A stretch of 64,000 nt of DNA from Bacteroidales bacterium. Lineage in GTDB: Bacteria > Bacteroidota > Bacteroidia > Bacteroidales > JAADJA01. The stretch spans positions 43,123 to 107,122 of the forward strand of contig JAGQVE010000003.1 of assembly GCA_020438105.1 (NCBI GenBank). The letters run 5' to 3'. Position 1 is the stretch's first letter. Every line of letters starts with the position of its first letter. A model generated the notes under the pieces. That model saw only the letters and a list, made by a program, of their open reading frames with translations, had not been told where the DNA came from and made no database searches. Both the position numbers and the translations under genes were made by a program. Shown piece by piece: positions 7,614 to 16,420 of the stretch.

Positions 7614-9842
7614 TCAAAACACCACTATCTCATCCACAAAAAACCAGGAGGGTTCGCCTTCGCTGGCATGCCAGTGGGGAAGGGGGCCGGCTCCCCGAAT
7701 TTCAAATCGGATAAATTGAATGGGTTTACCTGAATAATCAAATTCGAATTTTCGTGTGCGGGGTTCGTTTTGCTGATCTTCAGTTATTGTTTGCTGTCCG
7801 ATCTGCTGGTAGTTTTTACCATCAGCAGAAACCAAACATTCGATCCGGGTCGGATGCAGTATCCAGCTTTTCGCGTCCCACAATGTTCCGATGGATATAG
7901 TATGAGGTGTTGCCAGACCTTCAAGATCAACAGTAATGCTGGCATCTTTGCCCCACCAGCCCAGCCAGTGAACGGCATAATCAAAAGCTCCCTGAACGCC
8001 GTTGGTCAGCACCATCGGGTCCCCTTTACTATATTTTTCGGCTGGCATGGGATCACAAGTCACCGGTTTGCGAAAAGCGAGATTACCCTCTACTTTCATA
8101 TCAATGAATCGTTTGGTGCTTTTATAATAAATTTCAGGATAAAGGCTTCGCTCATTCAAAGTTACCAGCTCATTGGCCTTGCAAACGGAATAAAAATCTT
8201 CCAGGGTTTGCGCCATGTTTTGGTTTAAAACGAATTTTCCATCCTTTTCCAAATACCAGCCCCGCGGACCAAACATATCATTTTTGCCAATCTCCATCAT
8301 GGCATATTGCAAGGGCAAACGCGCCAGCTTTACACGGTTGAGCATTATGCTATCATCAGCCACGGCAACCTCAGCTTCATCAAACCATTGATTATATTGT
8401 GCCACATTTTCCGCCGAAAGATATCCATCTGCATGGTTATTGGGTGGTTCATAAATGTAAAGTATCTTCCCGGACCCGATCAGTTCTTTTTCCATTCTTT
8501 CGCTGTATTTACGGATCATTGGGGCGGCTTCGCGGTAGTAATGCTGCAGGAAATCGGTTTTAACCGAATCGAGGTTTACATCGGGATCCCAAAGCAAAGC
8601 GGAAAGCATTTTGGCGCGGTATTCAACAAATTCAAGTCCTTGGAGCAGGTTGGACTGAGGGAACTGTTTTCTTACATTATTCTTATGAAAAAATTGCAGA
8701 TTGGGCTGTAACACATGCAAATTGGGAAAAGGCGAAATGGAATGATTAAAATTGATGGTGTAATCCCAGAGATAAATGTTTTTGCAGATCTTTCCCCAAT
8801 CCTCAATATCCTTCACAAAGTCCTGACTCAAACTGTCGGTTTCGATGGGGCGGCTGCGGTTTAGCTCAATGGTGCAAAGCATGATCATCACATTATGGGC
8901 AGGCTTTGTAATTTTTGGTGCCGGACGGGAAAACTGGTAGGCAAGTGTAGAAATGGATTTATCGGGGAAAGCAGCGGCAATGTCGTTTACCAAACGGATC
9001 AGGGGCCCGGCAGGACTGCCTTCCTCTTCGATAATTTTTGAACAAACATCGCAATGGCAATAGGTGAAATTGTCGTTTTGTGAAACCGACCAAACATCAA
9101 ACTCCGGGTATTTCAGCATTTCAGCCTTAAGCTTCCGGCTAATGAGCTTTTTAACATCCGGATTGGAAGGACAAAGCTGGTCAAAGCTGTATTTATTACC
9201 CAGCCAGGCATAATATTCAGGATGTTCTTTTAAATATTTCGCCCTCGGAACCAGTCTTTCGAAAGTGTGCACAAAATATCCCGGAGGGCTCAATTCGGCG
9301 ATGGTACTGATGCGCAACCAATCCGCGTAAACGGCATCCTGAGTCATTTTTCCGTTGATGATACGCAGGGTGTTGGCCGGGTAATCAAAATAATCAAGCT
9401 CACTTAACTGAAGTTTATATACTTGCGGGAAATAACTTTCAGTTGGACTGAAAACCCTGCAACCCCAACTTTCCAGCAGATCAATGATGCCATAAATTGA
9501 GCCTTTCCCTACCCCGGAAGTAATAAACAGTTTATCTTTTTCAGCTTGAATGTGATAAGCATCGGGATGCACGGGAATTTGAATTTCATTATTGCGATTG
9601 GTTAGCCCGATGCAAATTTCGGAAGAAGAAGGTTCGCTTGCATCACTGTGGATGGGCAGGGTAACGCCCGTCATTTTTGCAATCCCATACTGTAGGTATT
9701 TAGCCGCCGTAGAATCATTTTTTGTAGCTGCTTCTGGGATAATTATGACATACGTTGATTGGCTGTTGTTTACCAGTGTGATCTGATCTTGGCAAGAGGT
9801 TAATAACAGTGAGACAATCAGGAGAAGGAGGTAATTTTTCAT
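7614..9842 (-). CDS. Lipoprotein, DUF4838-like putative glycoside hydrolase with a C-terminal discoidin (F5/8 type C)-like domain
   Basis: 742-aa ORF. The lipoprotein signal is MKNYLLLLIVSLLLTSC. It has a CHCDVC motif and an N-terminal GH20b-like region as I recall for DUF4838. The family call is from memory. Confidence 0.6.
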   Translation of the reverse strand: MKNYLLLLIVSLLLTSCQDQITLVNNSQSTYVIIIPEAATKNDSTAAKYLQYGIAKMTGVTLPIHSDASEPSSSEICIGLTNRNNEIQIPVHPDAYHIQAEKDKLFITSGVGKGSIYGIIDLLESWGCRVFSPTESYFPQVYKLQLSELDYFDYPANTLRIINGKMTQDAVYADWLRISTIAELSPPGYFVHTFERLVPRAKYLKEHPEYYAWLGNKYSFDQLCPSNPDVKKLISRKLKAEMLKYPEFDVWSVSQNDNFTYCHCDVCSKIIEEEGSPAGPLIRLVNDIAAAFPDKSISTLAYQFSRPAPKITKPAHNVMIMLCTIELNRSRPIETDSLSQDFVKDIEDWGKICKNIYLWDYTINFNHSISPFPNLHVLQPNLQFFHKNNVRKQFPQSNLLQGLEFVEYRAKMLSALLWDPDVNLDSVKTDFLQHYYREAAPMIRKYSERMEKELIGSGKILYIYEPPNNHADGYLSAENVAQYNQWFDEAEVAVADDSIMLNRVKLARLPLQYAMMEIGKNDMFGPRGWYLEKDGKFVLNQNMAQTLEDFYSVCKANELVTLNERSLYPEIYYKSTKRFIDMKVEGNLAFRKPVTCDPMPAEKYSKGDPMVLTNGVQGAFDYAVHWLGWWGKDASITVDLEGLATPHTISIGTLWDAKSWILHPTRIECLVSADGKNYQQIGQQTITEDQQNEPRTRKFEFDYSGKPIQFIRFEIRGAGPLPHWHASEGEPSWFFVDEIVVF
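7629..7663. repeat. 35-bp perfect direct repeat, copy 2 (inside the 3' end of the 742-aa gene)
   Basis: Identical to 5373-5407. Confidence 0.9.
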
Positions 9843-10041
9843 TTGAATTTTTTTCGTTCGATAAAATTAGTGAATTCGGGTGAAAATTATGGATTAAGCA
9901 AGTGTTGCTTCAAGCGGGACGCTTGGAGCAGGACCGTTTGAAGCGGTTTTGTATCTTTTAATAATTAAATGGATGCTGATTGGAGTTGAAATGTATTTTA
10001 GCAAGTAGCATCTATTTAGCACTTGTCTGTCACAGATTTTT

Positions 10042-10072
10042 AAAAAAACCGGTATCGAATATCGGTACCGGT
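10042..10072 (-). terminator. Rho-independent terminator of the S9 peptidase gene
   Basis: The stem is accggta(tcg)/(cgg)taccggt. On the minus strand it is followed by a 7-U tract, seen as aaaaaaa at 10042-10048 on the plus strand. Confidence 0.7.
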
Positions 10073-10091
10073 CATATCTTAAAGTTTTATT

Positions 10092-12002
10092 TTACGATTC
10101 TGGTGGAGCACTTTCGCCCTTCAAATATTTATTCAGAAATTGCAGGATCTTTCCATAACCATCAATTTCATTCTCTTTTTTTACAAAACCATGGCCTTCA
10201 TCGTCGAACAAAACATATTCAACCGGAACACCATTGCTTCTCACGGCTTCAACGATCTCGTCCGATTCAACCTGCAACACGCGCGGATCATTGGCTCCCT
10301 GCAATACCATCAAAGGCTTGGTAACATTGCTGGCATGGAATAAGGGTGATTTTTTATACAGCGCGATGGAGTCCTCGGTATAGGGGTCGCCCATTTCGTC
10401 GTAAAGCGCTTTTTTGAATGATTCCCAGTAGGGTGGGATGGAGCGGGTGGTTCGGATCCAGTTGGTTACGCCAAATAAATTTACACCGCAGGCAAACTCA
10501 TCGGGAGCAAAAGTGAGGGCTGCCATGGTCATGTAACCGCCATAAGAGCCGCCAATGATTCCAATTTTATCAGCATCCACCACACCGGTTGATTTCAGGA
10601 AATTTTTACCGTAAATGCAATCCTGCAGATCAACATCTCCGTGCTTTTTATCGTCCATTTTGTAAAAGGTTTTTCCATATCCACTGCTGCCCCGGTTGTT
10701 CACGGCAAGTATGGCATAACCGTGGTTCACCAGGTATTGGATCAATGCGAAGTAACTCACCCGCGATTGCCCGCCCGGACCGCCATGTACCCATACCAAT
10801 GCCGGAACCTTATCGTCTTTGCTTGCTGTTTTGGGCTGATAATAAATTGCCGGGATCTCCAGCCCGTCGAATGATTTGTAACGCACTACCTGACCGGCAA
10901 CAAGGTCGTCGGGATTGATCTCCGGATTTAAGGTGTTGGTGAGTTGGGTTAATTCTTTGGTATCGAAATTATAAATGTATTTGTTGCTGGGCGAAGTTGA
11001 TTTGGCAACAGTTAGCAACAGTAGTTTTTCACTTTTTGAAATGTTTACGCTGGAGATGCTGCCATCGTCAAAGGAGGGTAAATCAACTTTGTCGCCCGAT
11101 TTCAGATCAAAAACATACACCACAGTTTTAGCATCTTCATTCACACCGATCACCCGGTATTTCGCATTATAAGAATGATAAATATACCAAACATCCCAAT
11201 TGGTTCCCCAAACTTTTGAAGTCATTCCATTCTCCAGGTTATAGGTCTCCACATAATCAAATTCGCTGTTGTGGTTGGTGGTATAGTAAAGGTTTTTATT
11301 CTGAATATCGAAAAACTGCGGGCTGTAAGAGGCATCTCCTTCGTGTTCTGAAATATGTTTTAACTCCCCGGTTTCGCGATCATACAGATACATTTCATTG
11401 TTTGCAGTGGTGATGGTTTTGGTAAGTGAAAACCACCTTTTATCCTTTGAAATGGCGCTTACATTATAGCCTTCTTCATTTTCGTAAACCAAAACAGGTT
11501 CAAAGGTTGTGATGTCCATTTCATACAAATCGAAAAACTTCGGATCACGTTTATTAGAGCTAAAAAAGAAACTTTTTTCGTCACGTGCCCAAACGAAAAA
11601 ATCGGATTTGGCTTCATCCCAGGGGGTAAGGTCGGTGGTATTTCCTTCCAGGTCGATCATATAAATATGGTCGATTTCATTGCCTCCCTGATCAGCGGAG
11701 TATAGAATTCTGTCATCTTCCGGAAACCAGGAAATGGCAAAATATGATTCTTCGGTAGAATTCGTGATCTGGGTTGTTTCGGTGCCATCCACCGAAATCG
11801 AATAGAGGTTATAAATACCGGTTTCGTTACTGGTGAAAAGCAATTTGCTTTCGTCGTGATTAAAGCTTCCGCCATAAACCGACTTGTTTTTGTAAAACTG
11901 TTCAATGGAATATTTTTGAACGGTTTGCTGTTTTTCCTGCCCGGATTGCGGGGCACAGGAAACTATGGCTAATGCCAGAAAGATGAAAAGCAGGTTTCTC
12001 AT
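10092..12002 (-). CDS. S9 family serine peptidase (prolyl oligopeptidase / acylaminoacyl-peptidase type) with an N-terminal beta-propeller; lipoprotein
   Basis: Nucleophile motif GGSYGGYM, a C-terminal D...GH catalytic region, and a TolB-like propeller repeat region. The start was taken at MRNLLFIFLALAIVSC. The track ORF starts at 12041. Confidence 0.85.
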   Translation of the reverse strand: MRNLLFIFLALAIVSCAPQSGQEKQQTVQKYSIEQFYKNKSVYGGSFNHDESKLLFTSNETGIYNLYSISVDGTETTQITNSTEESYFAISWFPEDDRILYSADQGGNEIDHIYMIDLEGNTTDLTPWDEAKSDFFVWARDEKSFFFSSNKRDPKFFDLYEMDITTFEPVLVYENEEGYNVSAISKDKRWFSLTKTITTANNEMYLYDRETGELKHISEHEGDASYSPQFFDIQNKNLYYTTNHNSEFDYVETYNLENGMTSKVWGTNWDVWYIYHSYNAKYRVIGVNEDAKTVVYVFDLKSGDKVDLPSFDDGSISSVNISKSEKLLLLTVAKSTSPSNKYIYNFDTKELTQLTNTLNPEINPDDLVAGQVVRYKSFDGLEIPAIYYQPKTASKDDKVPALVWVHGGPGGQSRVSYFALIQYLVNHGYAILAVNNRGSSGYGKTFYKMDDKKHGDVDLQDCIYGKNFLKSTGVVDADKIGIIGGSYGGYMTMAALTFAPDEFACGVNLFGVTNWIRTTRSIPPYWESFKKALYDEMGDPYTEDSIALYKKSPLFHASNVTKPLMVLQGANDPRVLQVESDEIVEAVRSNGVPVEYVLFDDEGHGFVKKENEIDGYGKILQFLNKYLKGESAPPES

Positions 12003-12075
12003 GATTGATACGTTTTTAGTTAGCAAAACAAATATACTCAAAATTACTACATTAGCACCTGACTAATGCGTTACT

Positions 12076-13524
12076 ATGGCACTTTACAATGATTTCCGGT
12101 CGTTTCCGCGCACATTCTGGGTTGCCAATACCATGGAATTATTCGAGCGTTGGGCCTATTATGGCATGTTTACGGTTTTATCGGTTTACCTCACCGATCC
12201 GGTTTCGGAAGGAGGATTGGGATTTACTCAACAGCAACGCGGAGCCATGCAGGGCATTGTTACTGCTATTTTGTATTTTTTACCCATTTTGGGTGGCGCT
12301 TTAGCTGATCGGTTTGGATTCAGAAAGGTTTTGCTGGCTGCTTTCGTTACCCTTGCTTCCGGATATTTCGCCATGGGACAGTTTCATGCTTATGCACCGG
12401 TTTTTATCGCCTTTTTAGTGGTGGCTGTTGGCGGTGCCTTGTTTAAGCCGATCATTGTGGGAACGGTATCCAAAACTGCGGCAAAAGGAACAGAAACCCT
12501 TGGCTTCGGGATATTTTACATGATTGTCAATATTGGAGGATTTTTGGGGCCATGGGCAGCTTCCAAAATGCGTGATATCAGCTGGCAATACGTGTTTATC
12601 ATGTGTTCGGTTGTGATATTGATCAACCTCGTTTTATTGATGTTTTATCGCGAGCCGGGTCGCAAAGAGAAAGAGAAGGAGACATTCGTTGAGACCATTG
12701 CAAACATTTTTTCAAACTCCATAACTGTATTGTCAAACTGGCGGTTCGATCTTTTTCTGGTGATCATGGTTGGCTTTTGGATTACCTATATGCAATTGTT
12801 TTTTACAGTCCCGGTTTATATAACCCAATGGATTGATACCACTGTAATTTACAATCACCTCGGATTTTTGAAGCCAGTGTTTGGTGCAGTTGACGAAGGA
12901 GTTGGTATTGTACACCCCGAGATGATCATTAATATTCCAGCCTTTTCCATAATTCTTTTCCAGGTGCTTATGTCGAATGCCCTGAAAAACGTGAAACCGG
13001 TGAAATCGATGGTGGGAGGAACTATTGTTTTGATAATCGGAATGGGGCAATTTTATTTTCATGTGAATGGAATTTATTTTGCCATTAGCCTGGTAATATT
13101 TGCCTTTGGTGAAATGGCGAGCTCACCCCGCATTCAGGAATACATTAGCAGCATTGCACCCAAAGAAAAAGTCGGAGTTTATATGGGTTATAGTTTTCTG
13201 CCCGTAGCATTTGGCAACCTGTTTGGCGGATTTTTATCCGGTTCGCTCTATGGCTCCATGTCCGACAAATTTAATTTTCTGAAGGATTACCTGGTGGAAA
13301 ATAGGATCTCCACAAGGCCTGCCCTGGACGCAATAGAAGACAATGGTGATTTGTTTTTGATGGCCCAGGAGAAACTCGGAATGTCGGCCAGAGAGCTAAC
13401 TCAATTGCTTTATCAAACGTACCATCCGGGAGGCATTTGGTTGGTATTTGCAGGAATTGGATTGGGGACAGCGGTTTTATTGTTTTTATACAACAAATTT
13501 ATTTTGGACGGATCAAAAGGCTAA
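12076..13524 (+). CDS. POT/PTR2 family di-/tripeptide:proton symporter (MFS)
   Basis: Carries the signature ELFERWAYYGM (ExxERFxYYG motif) and multiple TM segments. Confidence 0.85.
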   Translation: MALYNDFRSFPRTFWVANTMELFERWAYYGMFTVLSVYLTDPVSEGGLGFTQQQRGAMQGIVTAILYFLPILGGALADRFGFRKVLLAAFVTLASGYFAMGQFHAYAPVFIAFLVVAVGGALFKPIIVGTVSKTAAKGTETLGFGIFYMIVNIGGFLGPWAASKMRDISWQYVFIMCSVVILINLVLLMFYREPGRKEKEKETFVETIANIFSNSITVLSNWRFDLFLVIMVGFWITYMQLFFTVPVYITQWIDTTVIYNHLGFLKPVFGAVDEGVGIVHPEMIINIPAFSIILFQVLMSNALKNVKPVKSMVGGTIVLIIGMGQFYFHVNGIYFAISLVIFAFGEMASSPRIQEYISSIAPKEKVGVYMGYSFLPVAFGNLFGGFLSGSLYGSMSDKFNFLKDYLVENRISTRPALDAIEDNGDLFLMAQEKLGMSARELTQLLYQTYHPGGIWLVFAGIGLGTAVLLFLYNKFILDGSKG

Positions 13525-13525
13525 A

Positions 13526-15094
13526 TCACTCCTTAAAGATATCCGCTTTTTTTCTTGGCCGGTCGGCATCAAGCCACCTGAAATTTTTTAACCTTTTCAA
13601 TTCCTCAGGCAGTGTTCCGGGAGCATAGGTTTTGGCATCGGGCTGTTTAATATAAACAATACCCACCACTTCATTGTTTTCGAGGGTTATTTTCATATCC
13701 GAAGAGTATGCAACATTAATTCCTAATAAACCCCCATTGTCTTCGCGAATGTAATACACGGTTTCGGCATTTCCATTCACCGTAATTTTGGAAAGCTGGT
13801 TGTTCCTGAAATAGCCCACCATGACTTTTCCTTTGATCTGGTTGTAGGTATTGCGGGCAAGGGTGTCGTCCATTGAAATGATAAAGGCATTTCCGAGCAG
13901 GGCCAGCGTATCCACCCTGTTATTAGCCATGGCTATCCGAATTGAATCGGCGGTGAGCTGGTTTTCGGTGGACCAGATCACCGGATCATGATACAGAAAA
14001 ATGGTGCTGTCGGTAAAGCTGTAAATCATCGAATCGCATTTGCCCTGCATGTCGTGCCTGTAAAATTTCGTTTTGTAAAAGCCCTTCATATATTCCACCT
14101 GATCATCCTGGTCAAAATGAATAAACAAGGTATCCGAATGAAGAAAAAGGGAATCCTGTTTGTCGACCAGCACAGCCATCGCACTATCGGTGATGAATGC
14201 ATGACCGGCGCCCCGCTCAAACTCTCCGTATTCGCCATAAACCACCATATTCTGGACGGTATCCTGCAACATCACATTTTTGTATGCTTTTCCAAAATTG
14301 AGGGCGCGGTCGTAATACAAGCTATCCCCAACGAGCTTTTGCTCTTTGGTGATCATGTAAGCATTCCGGCTGAACCGGGATTTGTTGTTTTGGGTGTCGT
14401 ACCAGCCATTTTCGCAATAAATCAGGTTTTCATCGCTGGTGATGGTGGTGGGGCCAAAAAAGTAAGAAACTTCCGTTTCGGTATGGTACAGCATGGTGTC
14501 GGTTAGCATGATGTAATCCGGATTCTCAAGCTCAACATTATTCTTGAAATAGGCTTCGTTCAATTCGGTATAATAATATCCTTTTTGACTGGTGAGCACA
14601 TTGGAACTATCCACAATTTTACCACCGGTAAGGTAATAGGCGATTTTTGTATTTCGGTTGTACCAAAGATGATCCGTATAAAGTGTGGCCCTGTTGTCGA
14701 TCAGTTTCACATTGTTTTTTAACTCGGCCATTTTTGTATTGCCGTCGTAATCGAGATGATCACTGTATATGTTCAGGGTATCGCTGGCTTTGATCTGAAC
14801 ATTTCCAAAACCTTCAAAACTATTTGTAGCTTCATACAGGTAAGCGCTGTCGCAATAGAGGTAAGTACTGTCGTGCTTCAGTATTACATTACCGATCAAT
14901 CGCTGAATATCCTTACCGAGCGAGGCATCATAACGCGCCTTATTTGCCTTGATTAGCTTTACCCTGGTGGGATTTTGCCCAATGGATAAAAGGGGAATGA
15001 TCAAAATAAATAAGAAAAATAATATGTGGAGTATTTTATGCTTCAAGTATTGATATTTAAGGTTTTCAAAAATAAACAATAGTTTTATGGGCAC
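13526..15094 (-). CDS. OstA/LptD-N-terminal-like repeat protein
   Basis: 522 aa with an N-terminal TM/signal. It has repeated OstA-like beta-jellyroll segments (LIGNVILKHDSTYLYCDSAYLY..., GNVQIK...). The family call is from memory. Confidence 0.6.
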   Translation of the reverse strand: MPIKLLFIFENLKYQYLKHKILHILFFLFILIIPLLSIGQNPTRVKLIKANKARYDASLGKDIQRLIGNVILKHDSTYLYCDSAYLYEATNSFEGFGNVQIKASDTLNIYSDHLDYDGNTKMAELKNNVKLIDNRATLYTDHLWYNRNTKIAYYLTGGKIVDSSNVLTSQKGYYYTELNEAYFKNNVELENPDYIMLTDTMLYHTETEVSYFFGPTTITSDENLIYCENGWYDTQNNKSRFSRNAYMITKEQKLVGDSLYYDRALNFGKAYKNVMLQDTVQNMVVYGEYGEFERGAGHAFITDSAMAVLVDKQDSLFLHSDTLFIHFDQDDQVEYMKGFYKTKFYRHDMQGKCDSMIYSFTDSTIFLYHDPVIWSTENQLTADSIRIAMANNRVDTLALLGNAFIISMDDTLARNTYNQIKGKVMVGYFRNNQLSKITVNGNAETVYYIREDNGGLLGINVAYSSDMKITLENNEVVGIVYIKQPDAKTYAPGTLPEELKRLKNFRWLDADRPRKKADIFKE

Positions 15095-15166
15095 TTGAAT
15101 TAATTTAGCAAGACTGGAAAATTAACGTCGGTTAGGGCAATCTATTTTTGCCGGTAAATCATAATT

Positions 15167-16036
15167 ATGCCACGCGAAGAAACAGCAAAACATTACAGAG
15201 AACGGATCAACACTGTGTTGCATTACATTCAAACTCACCTGGATGAGGAGCTTGATTTAAATAAACTTGCCGAGCTGTCGGCCATCAGTCCTTTTCATTT
15301 TCACAGGATCATGCGCGCTTATCTAAATGAATCGCTGATGAGTTATATAATCCGTGTGCGGTTGGAAACCTCAGTAACACTGCTGGTTCATTCACAGCTG
15401 TCCATTCGCGAGATTGCTTACAAAACCGGTTACGATGTGCCATCATCCTTCAATAAGGCCTTTAAGAAGCGATTTGGAATATCACCGGGAGCATTCAGGA
15501 ATAATTCTGATCAAAGTGTAATAATTGATTATTTAAAAACCGACAAAAAAATGAAAACAGCAAAAGCATTAAAGTCAGAAATTAAAACAATCGAAGCCCG
15601 GAAAGTAATTTATATTAGTTCAATTGGCCCATACGACGGCAAAGGAACCGAAGACGCCTGGAAAAAGGTGTGTGGTTTTGCAGGACAAAAAGGTTTGTTT
15701 GGTAAAAACACCGAGTTTATAGGTATCAGCCATGATGACCCCAATATTACAGATCCGGATAAGCTGAGGTATGACGCATGTTTGACCGTAAACAGGGATG
15801 TTAAGCCCGAGGGCGAAGTTGGCGTAAAAGAAGTTTCGGGAGGGCGATATGCAGTATTTATGCATGAAGGGGCTTACACAAAGTTTCAGGAATCATACAA
15901 TTACATTTTCAGTGTATGGCTGCCTGAAAGCGGTGAAGAGCTGAGAGAAGATGATTGTTTTGAAATATATTTAAACAGTCCGGATGATACCAACCCGGAG
16001 GATTTAAGAACGGAGATTTATATTCCAGTTAAATAA
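15167..16036 (+). CDS. AraC family transcriptional regulator with a GyrI-like effector-binding domain
   Basis: The N-terminal AraC double HTH reads ISPFHFHRIMRAYL...IAYKTGYDVPSSFNKAFKKRFGISPGAFR. The C-terminal half is GyrI/Rob-like. Confidence 0.8.
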   Translation: MPREETAKHYRERINTVLHYIQTHLDEELDLNKLAELSAISPFHFHRIMRAYLNESLMSYIIRVRLETSVTLLVHSQLSIREIAYKTGYDVPSSFNKAFKKRFGISPGAFRNNSDQSVIIDYLKTDKKMKTAKALKSEIKTIEARKVIYISSIGPYDGKGTEDAWKKVCGFAGQKGLFGKNTEFIGISHDDPNITDPDKLRYDACLTVNRDVKPEGEVGVKEVSGGRYAVFMHEGAYTKFQESYNYIFSVWLPESGEELREDDCFEIYLNSPDDTNPEDLRTEIYIPVK

Positions 16037-16067
16037 AAAAAGGCGCATCATTGATGCGCCTTTTTTT
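16035..16067. terminator. Bidirectional rho-independent terminator
   Basis: The sequence aaaaaaa GGCGCATC att GATGCGCC ttttttt sits between convergent genes. Confidence 0.85.
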
Positions 16068-16082
16068 ATTGTATGAATTTTC

Positions 16083-16397
16083 TTATGCCTCTGCTGTTGG
16101 TCCGCCAAAATTCATTGGCAAACCTTCATTCTCCGGAACTTCTATCTCTCCATGCAGCCTCTCAAACTTATTGATATTGTCCTGCAATGCTTTGTATAAG
16201 CGTTTTGCATGCTGCGGAGTTAAGATGATCCTGGATTTTACTTTTGCTTTTTGCAAACCGGGCAGGATCTTAATAAAGTCAACAACAAATTCAGAATGTG
16301 AGTGGGTGATAATGGCCAGGTTGGAATAAATTCCTTCGGCCATTTCCGGGCTCAATTCAATATTAAGTTGTTTTTTATTTTGATTTTGATCTGACAT
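16083..16397 (-). CDS. DUF3467 domain protein (conserved downstream of rpoC in Bacteroidota)
   Basis: 104 aa, containing LSPEMAEGIYSNLAIITHSHSEFVVDF. Family and context are from memory. Confidence 0.65.
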   Translation of the reverse strand: MSDQNQNKKQLNIELSPEMAEGIYSNLAIITHSHSEFVVDFIKILPGLQKAKVKSRIILTPQHAKRLYKALQDNINKFERLHGEIEVPENEGLPMNFGGPTAEA

Positions 16398-16420
16398 AAT
16401 AAATCAATTTTTCTGAATTA

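Noticed and set aside
9988-10037. Recurring TTTAGCA-containing words (also near 993, 12051 and 15104) that looked like a dispersed motif
   Set aside because: The matches are short (at most 11 nt), are in inconsistent orientation relative to genes, and lie in AT-rich intergenic DNA where such matches are expected. They are mentioned only in connection with the 926-1022 element.
13988-14506. 172-aa plus-strand ORF
   Set aside because: It is antisense to the 522-aa OstA-like gene, with no motifs and no independent start context.
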